Assembly (NCBI RefSeq): GCF_004010195.1 | Contig: NC_057719.1 | Coordinates: 92,094,392-92,150,311 of the forward strand | Direction of reading: 5' to 3' | DNA from: Chiloscyllium plagiosum | Taxonomy: Eukaryota | Length of the DNA stretch: 55,920 bases | Part shown: one piece after another, positions 22,700 through 34,417 of the stretch | Layout of the letters: the number at the start of each line of letters is the position of its first letter | How positions within the stretch are numbered: position 1 is the stretch's first letter | Notes under the pieces: generated by a model | Databases searched by the model: none | Told to the model about the DNA's origin: nothing | The model's input: the letters and a program-made list of their open reading frames with translations, nothing else | Program-made: the position numbers and the translations under genes

Positions 22700-24160
22700 A
22701 ATAAAAAGGCAGAGGATTTGAAAACTGCCAATGTAACATCTTTATTTATAAAGGACAGGAGGAAAACATCAAGTAACCATAGGGTAATTAGCTTCATGTT
22801 GGTTATTAGGAAAATGTCTATTATAAAGGGTGTAAATGTTTAGAAATATGTTATCTGAATATGTAGAGTTGGCATGGCTGCATGAAGGGAAAATCATAAC
22901 TGAAAAATTATTCAAACTCTTTGAGGATCAATTAAGGGGGAGGAGTAGATGTAATATATTTGGATTTTCAAAAGGCATTTGATAAGGCTTCATACATTGG
23001 GTTAATTAATAAGATCAGAGTCCATGATGTTGGGGCAGTGTATTAAAATGGATGGAGGATTGGCTAACTGATAGAAGACAACATGTTGAGAGAAGGGGGG
23101 CATTTTCAAGATGGCAACCTGTAGCCAGTGGATGCAGCAGATCTGACTGAACAGCAGAGCAGACTTGATGGGCTGAGTGGCCTACATCTGCTCCCTACAT
23201 ATTAGGGATTTACACATTGGGGCCGCATTTATGTACAACATATTTCAATGACTTGGTTAGGGAAAGTAAATGTACGGTACACCAGGTGATACAAAAATAG
23301 GTGGGAAGGCAAGTGGTAAAGAATGACATAGAATCCGCAAAGGGGTGTAGGCAGGTCAAGTGATTGGGGCAGAAACTTGGCAGATGGATAATAATGTGGT
23401 AAACTCTGAGGTTGTGCACTTTGGCAGGAATAGTCTATGATTCTATGATAATAATAGAGGAGCTGAATATTGTTTAAACGGAGAAAAGACTGCTGAAAGA
23501 ACAGAGGGATTTAGAAGTCATTGTGAATAGATCATAAAAACACCAGCACCCAAGCTCAGCAAGTAATTGGGAGGGCAAATAGACTGTTGGGCTTTATTTC
23601 AAAGAAAATGGAGTATTACAGCAGGGAGATTTTATTACAAGGCACTAGTCAGACCCCAGCTGGAATGCCGTGAACAGTTTTGGGTGTTGTATCTGATGAA
23701 ACATATTGTGGCATTGGAGGCAGTCCAGAGAAAGCTCATTCGGCTGATCCCGGGTATGGAGGGACTGCCTTACACGGAGAGGTTGAGGAAGTTGGGCCTG
23801 TACGCGTTGGATTTGAGAAGAATGAGAGGTGACCTTATTGAAACATACAGGTTTCTTCGTGGAGAGATGCGGAAAGGTTGTTTCCCCTTGTGGGGAGAGT
23901 CGAGGAGCAGAAGGCATCATCTCGGAATGAGGGGTCACACGTTTCAGGCAGAGACAAGGAGCAATTTCTTCTCTCAGAGAGGGGGGTGAATCTGTGGAAT
24001 TCTGCTGAGACTGAGTCGTACTGAGGACAGAGTTTTAATCAGTAAGGGAACCGTGGGTTGTGGGGAAGAGGGCGGGAAAGTGGAGCTGAGGGTTATCAGA
24101 TCTTACTGAATAGCAGAGCAGACTCGATGGGCTGAGTGGCCTACATCTGCTCCCTACATA
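22700..24160 (+). mobile_element. Old CR1-clade LINE fragment (RT to 3' end)
   Basis: gtagatgtaatatatttggattttcaaaaggcatttgataag = VDVIYLDFQKAFDK; YKALVRPQLE, RRMRGDLIETY. Confidence 0.9.
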
Positions 24161-24694
24161 TTAGGGATTTACACGCTTTTGAAGGAGTGTAGGAGACTCT
24201 GCCCACTATGATCCATCATATTCTTAATGTCTCATTAAAGGATATGGTTTCTCTGCATTAACCGACTTAAACAGAATAAAAGTCGGGGCCTGAGCTTTTC
24301 AGTGTTGCAAGTAAAGTGCGCATTCTGCCATGCCGGTGTTGAATGTAGCATCTTTGAGAGGAGACGCAGAACTGAGGCCCTGTCTACCAGGCTAGCAGGT
24401 GTGAAGAATTCTATGACCCTTCTGGAAACAAGGTAGTTTTTAAAACATTTGATGATGGGACATGGGTGTCACTGACTGTTCCAACATTTATTGCCCCTCT
24501 CCAGTTGCTCTTGAGACAGTGAACCCATTGCTGAGTAAAACAAATCCTCTTTCTCTGTAATCCTTCTCTCTCAAATTCCATATTTCTCCCGAAGTCTCAA
24601 GACAAACAGAGCCAGCAGAGTTAAATCATCCTTTTCTGGCAGTTTTGAAACCATCCCCCAATTTTTCTCTCTGTGTAACGTTCATCCAACTCCC

Positions 24695-24762
24695 GTTGCC
24701 TAGCAACCATCGTCTGGTAATCGCCATGGTAATATCGTCAGGTCAGTGGTTGTTATGGTACC
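24695..24762. promoter_or_regulatory. Candidate intronic enhancer: three RFX X-box motifs
   Basis: gttgcctagcaac 24695-24707, atcgccatggtaat 24720-24733, gttgttatggtacc 24749-24762 in non-repetitive DNA; motif match only. Confidence 0.5.
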
Positions 24763-25028
24763 GAGTAGCTTGCTTGTCATTGCAAACTCATAAACCTTCA
24801 CGCTCCCCACATCCGTCCACTCTGCCAATTCCTAACAAATCTTCCCTAGATATCCGTACTTTGTGGAGGATTTAATTATGTCTTCACCTTCCCTCCACCA
24901 TCCATCGTGATCTCAGACTGAGTGACTCCAGTGAATCAATATTTACCAACGAGGTTGTAGAAACTGGGATAGTAATCTTCAGAGTGGACAAGAGATTGAA
25001 TCAAGGTGTTAGAATCATCCAATCTGAT

Positions 25029-25320
25029 TAGGCCCACTGAGTCTGCCCTGACCCCCCCCCCCCAAAGAACGTCCACCCTCCTATCCCTATAACCCTGCAT
25101 TTATCACGGCCAGTCCACCTAACCTGCACATCTTTGGACTGGAGCACCTGGGGGAGACTCATGCAGACATACAGAGAATGTGCAAACTCCACGCAGACAG
25201 TCTGTAATCTTTCTCTCTCAAATTCCATATTTCTCCTAAAGTCAAGCCTTTAGTCACCTGAGGGTTGAATCAAAGCCGGGTCCCTGGTGCTGTGAGGCAG
25301 TAGTACTAACCATACCACCC
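25029..25320 (-). mobile_element. HE1-type SINE with an internal templated insertion at about 25201-25253
   Basis: SINE motifs on both sides of the insert. Confidence 0.85.
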
Positions 25321-25415
25321 AGGTTGATAGTGATGAGGTGTTTTGAGACTCTAAATCCAGCCAAACCGTTCCCCCTGGCAAGGGAAGGTTAGGAGGTGAT
25401 GGACGAGTGGTACTA

Positions 25416-25504
25416 GTGTCGAGAGTGTGGTGCTGGAAAAGCACAGCAGGTCGGGCAGCATCCGGGGAGCAGGACATTTCGGGAGTAAGCCCTAGATCAG
25501 GAAA
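25416..25504 (-). mobile_element. Short PLE-terminus insertion in a SINE head, decayed hammerhead
   Basis: gtgctggaaaagcacagcaggtcgggcagcatcc; tggta(c/t)ta at 25408-25415 and 25505-25512. Confidence 0.75.
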
Positions 25505-25590
25505 TGGTATTACTGCCAGATTATTAAATCGGAAACCACAATAAAATAGCAGATGAATTCAATACCTGGAATTAAGAGTCTGATAATGAT

Positions 25591-26052
25591 TGGATTTACA
25601 AGGATGTTGCCAGGGTTGGAGGATTTGAGCTATAGGGAGGGGCTGAACAGGCTGGGGCTGTTTTCCCTGGAGCATCGGGGTAACCTTATAGAGGTTTACA
25701 AAATCATGAGGGGCATGGATAGGATAGATATACAAGGTCTTTTCCCTGGGGTGAGGGTGTCCAGAAGTAGAGGGCATAGGTTTAGGGTGAGTGGGGAAAG
25801 ATATAAAAGAGACCTAAGGGGCAACTTCTTCACACAGAGATGGTACGGGTATGGAATGAGCTGCCAGAGGAAGTGGTGGAGGCTGGTACAATTGTAACAT
25901 TTAAGAGGCATTTGGATGGGTGTATGAATAGGAAGGGTTTGGAGGGATATGGGCCGGGTCTGGCAGGTGGGACTAGATTGGGTTGGGATACCTGGTCGGT
26001 ATGGACGGGTTGGACCGAAGGGTCTGTTTCCATGCTGTACATCTCTATGACC
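25591..26052 (+). mobile_element. Young CR1 3' fragment nested in a SINE
   Basis: FTRMLPGLEDLSYRE.LNRLGLFSLE, WNELPEEVVEAG. Confidence 0.93.
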
Positions 26053-27109
26053 GTGAATCGATTAACAGAAACCCCATCTGGTTCCCTAATGCCTTTCAGG
26101 GCAGAGGATCTGCCGTCCTTTCCTGGTCTGGCCTACATGTGATTCCAGACCCACACAGCAAGGCGTGGTGACCTTGTGGGCATTAAGAATGGGTAATAAA
26201 TGTTCAGTGAAGCCCAAATTTCCTGAACGAATGTTAAAAAAAAGGTGCCACAAGAAAACTACACTGTAATGGAGGGGGGGAGGAAATGGAGAGAGTTCGG
26301 TTTTGCTTTTCACTGGGCGAGTTGATGCCATCTGGAATCTTCCGCCTGGAAGCAGATTCAACAAGCGACAGAAATTGGGTTGAGGAATCCTTTGCAGGTC
26401 TACGATGCCAAAGGTGGGTGGGTAACTCTTTCAGACAGGCCTGTACCACATTCAGTTCCATGAGGTACGGCAATAGCGTATTGAGGACATTGCTGGAGGT
26501 TTTTTTGAGCCGCAGATTTCTTTGGAACTGCAGTTTCTGTCAGAGTGGCTAACATAGCCAGGTCGGAAATGTGAAACAACGGAAAGTGAAGTGTTGGAAT
26601 GAAGGAATAATTTGTTCATTACTGCTGTCGATCTCCGTTGTTCAGGCTACGACTGACCCAGACTTGAGCCGGGGAAACCCTTTCCCGGCCTGGTCTAAAG
26701 TCACTGCTCTCTACTGAGCAAGTTACCCTCACCGCGTTAAATCGTGCTTACACTGTACCCGTTGTGTTGCCATTTTGGGTGGAGGTTTTGGCCAGCCCTG
26801 AGCATCATGGGTTTAGGAAGGAAGGTGGAAGGCAGGATTCAGGAGCATGGATACAGGGACGAAGAATTTGAGTTACGTGGATGAAGTCAGGGCTCTTTTC
26901 TCTGGGGGGAGAGGAGAGGTTAGAAATTGGGCGAGGAGCTGGACTGTGCCCATTTCCGTAAGGATGAAGAAGCACTGGGTGCTAATTTAAGGTCATTGAG
27001 AAAAGGCATACGGTGAAAGAAATATACCTGGAGGGAGTGGCGAGGATGTGTATGTGACGAGGATGCTCAGCTGGTTCAGTCACAGTCTTCAGAACGTGGA
27101 ACTGGATTA

Positions 27110-27950
27110 TTATACAGCACAGAAACCAACCCCTTGGTCCAACCAATCCACGCCAACCGTCTTCCCCAAACTACACTGGGCCCACCTGCCTGCGCTTGGT
27201 CCAAACCTTTCCCATTCATGATCTTATAGGACATCAAACATAGAACATTCCAGCGCAGCACAGGCCCTTCATCCCTCGATGTCGGTCCGACCTGTGGAAC
27301 CAATCTGAAGCCTATCTAACCTACACTATTCCATTCTCATCCATATGTTTATCCAATGACCATTTAAATGCCCTTAAAGTTGGCGAGTCTACTACTGTTA
27401 CAGGCAGTGCATTCCACGCCCCAATTACTCTCTGAGTAAAGAAACTACCTCTGACATCTGTCCTATATCTATCACCCCTCAATTTAAAACTATATCCCCT
27501 CATGCTAGCCATCACCATCCGAGGAAAAAGAATCTCACTGTCCATCCTATCTAACCCTCTGATTATCTTATATATCTCAATTAAGTCACCTCTCAACCTT
27601 CTTCTCTCTAATGAAAACAGCCTCAAATCCCTCAGCCTTTCCTCTTAAGACCTTCCCTCCATACCAGGCAACATCCTGGTAAATCTCCTCTGAACCTTTC
27701 CAAAGCTTCCACATCCTTCCTATAATACAACGATCTGAACTGTACGCAATACTCCAAGTGTGGCCGCAGCAGAGTTTTGTACAGCTGCAGCATAACCTCG
27801 TGGCTCTCTCTGCTAATAAAAGCTAACACACTGTACGCCTTCTTAACAATCCTAACAACCTGGGTGGCAACTTATCCAAATGTCTTTTCAATGTTGTAAC
27901 TCTATCCACATCCACCACTGCCGCTGGACGTTCATTCCACACACAAACCA
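27110..27950 (-). mobile_element. Nested CR1 3' fragments (27236-27870 inside another copy)
   Basis: EVMLQLYKTLLRPHLEYCVQF, LERRRLRGDLIEIYKIIRG, FFTQRVIGAWNALP. Confidence 0.9.
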
Positions 27951-28264
27951 CTCTATCTGATGATGAAATATTTGCAAGCCCATGGGAAAAGGGCAGAGGG
28001 CAGTAGGACGAGGGGAGTTTCTTTTGCAGAGTGCTAGTATGGAGGTGGTGGGTTGAATGGCTTCCTTTGTCATTGTGAGCATTCGGTGTTCCCAATACTC
28101 AGGGGTTTCAGAGCAGGTTTTAGACACTCAAGGAGCAGACGACAGTTGGAGAACTCAGTGAAACTGACACTTCCACGTCAGGTTTCAGGGGCACGTAGGT
28201 GTGGTTAACCCATGAATCTTTCCCTGTGTAATCAGGGAGTAAATCTCTGGACTGTCATCCATGG

Positions 28265-29215
28265 AGTCATAGAGTCATACAGTGCATAAACTGACCCTTC
28301 GGCCCATCTAGTCCACACTGACCATAATCCCAACTGAGCTACTCCCACCTGCCGGCACTTGGCCCATATCCCTCATATCCCTCCAAACCTTTCCTATTCA
28401 TGTCCTTATCCAAATGTCTTTTAAATGTTGTAATTGTACCCACATCCACCACTCCCCTCTGGAAGTTCATTCCAAACACAAATTGCTCTCTGTATGGAAA
28501 AAAAATTACCCCTCGCGTCTTTTTGAAAATTCATGCGGGGGATGGTGCGTGTATGGAATGAGCTGCCAGAGTGAGTGGTGGAGGCTGGTACAATTACAGC
28601 ATTTAAAAGGTATCTGGATAGGCATATGAATGGGAAGGGTTTAGGGGGATATGGGCCAGGTGCTGGCAAATAGGACTAGATTGATTTAGGATAGCTGGTC
28701 AGCATGGGAGAGTTGGGCCAAAGGGTCTGTTTCCGTGCTGTACATCTCTATGACTCTATTCAGTACCCTGAGCCTGCTCCACCATTCGACATGATCATCA
28801 CCGAGCTAATCCTGGCCTCAACCCCACACCCCTGCCCGCTCCCCGTAACCCTCCAATCCATTGCTAATTAAAAATCTGTCACTCTCCTCCTCAAATTTAT
28901 TTCATGTACCAGCAGCTACTGCACTCTGAGATAGTGAATTCCTCTGATTCACGATCCCTTGGAGAGACGAGATTCATTCTAATCTCTGTTTGAAATCTGC
29001 TGCTCCTCATTGTGAAACTGTAACCCCTCATCTGAGGAAACGACCTCTCCACGTCTGCTTTATCAATCCCCTTTAGCATCTTGCATTTAGCAATTAGATT
29101 GTCTCTCATTCTTCTAAGCACCAGAGAGTCTAGGCTTAGACTGCTCAGTCTCCCTGCGTAAGACAAATCCCTCATCACTGGAATTAATCGAGTGAACTTC
29201 CTGTGAACTGCCTCC
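28265..29215. mobile_element. Cluster of CR1 3' fragments: 28265-28525(-), 28540-28758(+), 28775-29215(-)
   Basis: WNELPE motifs on both strands; LRRMRDNLI..CKMLKGIDK. Confidence 0.88.
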
Positions 29216-29474
29216 TATACAACTACATGTGAGATACAAAGTAGTTCCTCATAACAAACTCCATATGCTAAAAGGCTGGCTTTGAACTACAGTGAGAGTG
29301 CTACTTGCTAAGTAAAGATACAGCTAACCTTTACCATTGGCCTCAGTATAAGGAACACTTGTGTTTGCAAAAAAAATGTACTTTATTCATAAGTTATCTG
29401 CAAGTGTCATCAGATTGATTTGTGGGATGGCAGGACTTATGTATGAAGAGAGAGTGGATTGGTTGGAACTATAT

Positions 29475-29756
29475 GGGTGGCATGGTGGCTCAGTGGTTGG
29501 CACTGCTGCCTCACAGCACTAGCGTCCCAGGTTCAGTTCCAGTCCTGGGTGACTGTGTGTGTGGAGCTTGCACATCCTCTCCGTGTCTGCGTGGGTTCCC
29601 TCCGGGTGCTCCTGTTCCCTCCCGCATTCCAAAGATGTGCAGGTCAGGGTGAATTGGCCATAGTGTGAGGTGCGTTAGTCAGAGGGAAGTGGTGTGGACT
29701 TGTTGGGCTGAAGGGCCTGTTTCCACACTGTAGGGAATCTAATCAAATCTAATCTA
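29475..29756 (+). mobile_element. HE1-type SINE
   Basis: Head, core and (tctaa)-type tail. Confidence 0.9.
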
Positions 29757-30112
29757 TATACCCTGGAGTTGAGAAGGGATCTCATAGAAATGTATAAAAT
29801 TTGAACAGGACAAGACATAGTAAATGTGGGAAGGCTGTTCCCAATGACCAGGGGAGTCCCGGACTGGGGTGGGGTGGGGTGGGGGGAAGGGTGGTCACAG
29901 CCTCAAGATACAGGATAGCCCATTTAGGACTGAGATGAGGAGAAATTTCTTCACCCAGAGAGAGGTGGAATTCTCTGCCACAGAAAGCAGTTGAGGTGAA
30001 AACATTGAATGTTTTCAAGGAGGAGTTGGGTCGAGTTCTTACGGCGAAAGGGATCAAAGGGTATGGGGGGAAAGCGAGAACCAGAGACTGAGATGCATGA
30101 TCAGCCACAATC

Positions 30113-30429
30113 ATTGATTAGATTAGATTACTTACAGTGTGGAAACAGGCCCTTCGGCCCAACAAGTCCACACTGACCCGCCGAAGCGCAACCCACCCAT
30201 ACCCCTACATGTACCCCTTACCTAACACTATGGGCAATTTAGCATGACCAATTCACCTAACCTGCACATCTTTGGACTGTGGGAGGAAACCGGAGCACCC
30301 GGAGGAAACCCATGGAGACACGGGGAGAACGTGCAAACTCCACACAGTCAGTCGCCTGAGGCGGGAATTGAACCCGGGTCTCTGGCGCTGTGAGGCAGCA
30401 GTGCTAACCACTGTGCCACCATGCCGCCC
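30113..30429 (-). mobile_element. Young full-length HE1-type SINE inside a CR1 3' end (29757-30490, +)
   Basis: Complete copy; host reads cagccacaatcattg|...|atggcggaac across it. Confidence 0.93.
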
Positions 30430-30971
30430 ATGTTGATGGCGGAACAAGTTAGAAGGGCTGAATGGCCTGCTCCTTCTATTTTCTATGTTTCCAGGTTTCT
30501 AAGTGCAGGACAGAATAGTTCAAGTACAGAAAATACAATAAAATTGTCACATTCCTCATTTACATATTGCACTCTTATGTTTCTGAATCCAAATACAAAG
30601 TTGGAACATTTAATATGTATGATCAGAAATTATTTACATTCCAATGCAAGCTAATTCTATATTTTGACAAACCCTTGGGATATCCCAGTAGAAAGATCTC
30701 GTCCCCATGCAGTTTTGGAGAGACGTAAACATTGCTGTACATTATCAAGGAGGGTCCCCTCGACAGACTGAGGTATTGATTAATCACCTTCAACTCAGCA
30801 AATGAGGAAGCTACGACTTGTGTCCAGTTAAATAAATCACCGTGCTCACTGACCACCCGTTGGCCGACAATCTGGCAATCCCTCACTTCGAAAATTCTCG
30901 TCTTCTTTTATAGAAAAATGCCACATATGTTTTAAATTTTTTTTCCTCGCACTTTCATAGAGATAATTTCA

Positions 30972-31370
30972 TCGAATCCCTACAGTGTGGAAACAGGCCA
31001 TTCGGCCCAATAAGTCCGCACCAACCCTCCAAAGAATATCCTACCCAGACCCATTCCCCAACCACTCTACATTTTACCCCTGACTAATGCACCTAACCTA
31101 CACACCCCTGAACGCTATGGGGTAATTTAGCACGGCCAATTCACCCTAACCTGCACATCTTTGGTCTGTGGGAGGAAACCGGAGCACCCGGAGGAAACCC
31201 ACACAGACACATACCAACAGATTGAAGAATTGCCTTTCCCTGCAGTTATTGGAATTCTGAATGGACCTTTCAAGCTTTAAAATTAATACTGATCTCATTC
31301 TTTGTGCAAACTGAATACAGCCAGTCCCCCGGCGCTGGGATCGAACCTGGGTCCCTGGCACTGTGAGTTG
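30972..31370 (-). mobile_element. HE1-type SINE containing a captured Rex1-like segment (31211-31302)
   Basis: SINE motifs flank a segment similar to the reverse complement of 32415-32497. Confidence 0.85.
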
Positions 31371-32277
31371 TGCACAGCTGATTTGTTTCAGTCCTCGCGT
31401 GATTGCCTTTGGCTTGTTTTGTGGTTTCAGGGCTTTTAGGGGGGATTGACACCTTGCCTCCTTACCTCTGTCACCTTCTCCAGCCCTGATAACTCTCTGA
31501 GGTATGTGCGTTCTTTGAATTTGGTCAGCTTGGATGCTTGACATGTTTAACCCCACACAGCAATAGCCTGTGCCTTCAGCTGTACTGGGGATCCAAACTG
31601 TGCAATTCTTTCCTTAAACATCTCTTCCATGCCTTAAGATGCTCTCAGATAGCTGTGGCCATCTGTCCTGATACCACTTTATGTGGATCAGTGTCCGACT
31701 TTAGATAATAACTTCCTGTGAAGCAACTTTGATGGCATTAAATTAATAACTGTAAATACATTTTGTTTTATTGAGTGAACCACCATAACCCTGTACAGTT
31801 TGATCGATATTCCAATATTGGCCTGGGATGGGTGCACTTGTAAAGTTTAGTTTGTCATCGATTCTGGAAGAGATCACTGTTCACAGACTTTTGGAACCTT
31901 GCAAAGTGTGTTTTAAGAGATTTGTGCACGCACGCAATAAAAATCTTTACATTCTTTTTGGCCTGTTCCATGCCAATAGCTGTTTGCCTGTGGGCTCTTT
32001 AGAGATGTCTCTGTGTGATCATTTTGCGTCAATAAATGCAGATCGAGGGTCTCGACCGACTAATGTGATTGGCCAGGTTAATGCTCCGAGGATGATGGGA
32101 GGGCAGGAACGATATTGAGCTTAAAAATTGCAAGCTTCAGTTTGTGAAAAGAGGAAAGAAAAACTTGAAGTTGTAATGTGCGCTTCACAGCTTTAGGGTA
32201 GCTCAAGGTGCTTTCCACTAAGTGAAGTATTTGTGAAGTGTACATTGTAAGAAAGAATCCTGGTGCTTAGTTTCCCA

Positions 32278-32635
32278 ATGATTTGATTTGATTTATTGTT
32301 GTCCCATGTCCCTAAGTTCAGTGAAAAGTTTTGTTTGTGTGAAGTATCACAATGTACAAAGTGCATCGGGGTGATAGAACAGAGCTAGCCATAGGGGAGG
32401 TACACAAAAAGCGAATGAATGTTAAAGTTTGAAAGGTCCAGTCAGAGTTCTAATAACTGCAGGGAAGAAGCTGTTCTTGAATCTGTTGGTATGTGTGTTT
32501 AAGCTTTTGTATCTTCTGCCTGAGGGAAGAGACTGGAAGAGTGCACAGCCGGGGTGAGAGGGGTCTTGGATGATGCCTTCCCGAGGAGTAAGGACAGAGT
32601 CAGTGAATGGAAGGTTGGCTTGTGTCCATTGAAGC
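32278..32635 (-). mobile_element. Rex1/Babar-type LINE 3' fragment
   Basis: IIQDPSHPG.ALFQSLPSGRRYKSLNTHTNRFKNSFFPAVIR. Confidence 0.85.
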
Positions 32636-32675
32636 AATGAAACCACTACCTGATTGCACAAAGTCTGTAATTGGG

Positions 32676-32945
32676 GCAGCACTGCTGCCTCACAGTGCCA
32701 GGGACCCGGGTTCGATTCCAGCCTCGGGCAACCGTCTGTGTGGAGTTTGCACGTTCTCCCCATGTATGCGTGGGTTTCCTGCAATTGCTCCTATTTCTTC
32801 CCACAATCCAGAGATGTGTGGGTCGGGTGAATCGGCCATGCTAAATTGCCCATGGTGTTCAGGGATGTGTAGGTTAGGTGCATTAGTCACAGGGGAATGG
32901 GTGGGTTATTCTTCAGAGGGTTGGTGTGGACTTGTTGGGCTGAAT
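32676..32945 (+). mobile_element. HE1-type SINE, partial
   Basis: Box B and core motifs. Confidence 0.9.
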
Positions 32946-33201
32946 TCTAATAACATGTACATTGGAGCATTTCTGTTTTGCATTGCTATGTATTTGGCGT
33001 GATTGCCATTAATTAATGAAGTCAGTGTTAACTCCAAACTGAATAGAAAGTACCGTGGATGCTGGAGATCTGAAATAAAGGCAGATAATGCTGCCAATAC
33101 TCAGTGGGTCTGGCAGCATCTGTGGAGAGAGAAAAACCGAGCTGGCCTGTCAATTAGGGTGAACTTTTGTCAAAGATGCGGGAAGATGGGAATGTAATAG
33201 A

Positions 33202-33310
33202 CGAAAGACGCTGGAGATGAGAGTCAAGAGTGTGGTGGTGGAAAGCCCAGCAGGTCAGGCAGCATCCGAGGGCCAGGAAAATCAACGTTTCGGGCAAAAC
33301 ACCTTCATCA
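33202..33310 (-). mobile_element. Short PLE-terminus insertion with hammerhead motif, nested in an older PLE-like remnant (about 33045-33400)
   Basis: ggaatg(t/g)aataga at 33189-33201 and 33311-33323; minus strand ctgatga.a.ggtgttttgccc.gaaacgtt. Confidence 0.75.
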
Positions 33311-33537
33311 GGAATGGAATAGAGCCAGTGGGAGACAAGGCAGAGAGCAGCAGAACGAAAGGGGAAGGTGCGCAATGAGATTCAATCGTGAAAGATATTG
33401 TGTTGCTGTGGTCGAAGTGAGTGTTGATGGTAATAGTAGAGAAACGAAAGGTAGTACAGATCATCCACTGAGGGTCTTACTACTGTCACTGTGGTTCAGT
33501 TCTGTGTTCTAACTGGCCTTCTTTCGGTGTTTTTCAG

Positions 33538-33636
33538 GTGCTCCGCCCTACAGTACAGCCAAGACTTGCCGGTGACCAGTGTCATCATCACCTTCCACAA
33601 TGAAGCTCGCTCCACACTGCTGCGCACCGTGAAGAG
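33538..33636 (+). CDS. GALNT16: Internal coding exon (probably exon 3) of GALNT16, GT-A fold start
   Basis: Branch-point-like ttctaac at 33507, pyrimidine tract, tttttcag|G, donor AAGAG|gtacca; 99 nt, phase 2-2. (R)[32 protein letters not shown](S) contains the GalNAc-T signature [20 protein letters not shown] and joins in frame with both neighbours. Confidence 0.95.
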
Positions 33637-34009
33637 GTACCAACACACCATCACCTCTCACTTGATGTGCCCCAGGCACCAAATGTCCAGATTGTTGCCT
33701 GTCTGTTCGTAGGGGTAGGCCATTCATCCCTTCGAGCTTTGATCGTCTACCTCCAACGACAATTTCCTGTACTGTCCTAGACGGCACTAGTGCGTAGAAA
33801 CCCACTGGTCATCTCCTCCACTATCTTCAGACAGCTCTTGTCACTCGATTTTCCCTGCTCGCTCTGTCTGTCCTTCCAATTACAGGTTAAAGGCAGTACA
33901 GAAGGAGTGCTGCATGGCCAGAGGTGCTGTGTTGTGACTGTGAGTTTAAACCATGCCTATTCTCTCAAGTGGACTAAATGATCCCATGACCCTATTCAAA
34001 GAGAAATAG

Positions 34010-34417
34010 ACTGTGTGCGTGTGCGGTTGCATGTGTACGTGTGTGACTGTGTATGCATGCGCACATGTTCATAAAAGTGTGCATGTGTGCATGAATGTAT
34101 ATCGGTGTATGTAGGCTTGAGTGTGTGTGTGTATGTGTCTGTGCATGTGTGTGTGTATGTGTCTGTGCATGTGTGTGTGTGCGCGCGTCGGTGTGTATGT
34201 GTCCGTGTATGTGTACGTGTGCATGTGTGTGTGTATATGTGTCTGTGTGCGTGTCCGCATGTGTATGTGTGTATATGTCCGTGTGTGTGTATGCGTCTGT
34301 GTGTGCATGTGTGTGTATGCACGCGCGTGTGTGTCTGTGTCCGTGTATGTGTGTGTCTGTGTCTGTGTGTGTGTGTGTCCGTGTGTATCCGTGTCCGTGT
34401 GTGTGTGTCTGTGTGTG
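34010..34417. repeat. Long degenerate (TG)n simple repeat
   Basis: Directly visible; explains the Cys/Val and His/Thr pseudo-ORFs. Confidence 0.95.

Noticed and set aside
26668..26690. GC-rich hairpin gccggggaaaccctttcccggc
   Set aside because: Short, isolated, and without family motifs; compatible with chance.
28265..28758. Inverted CR1 3' ends as one fold-back element
   Set aside because: The arms differ at many positions and look like separate subfamilies, so two independent insertions are more likely.
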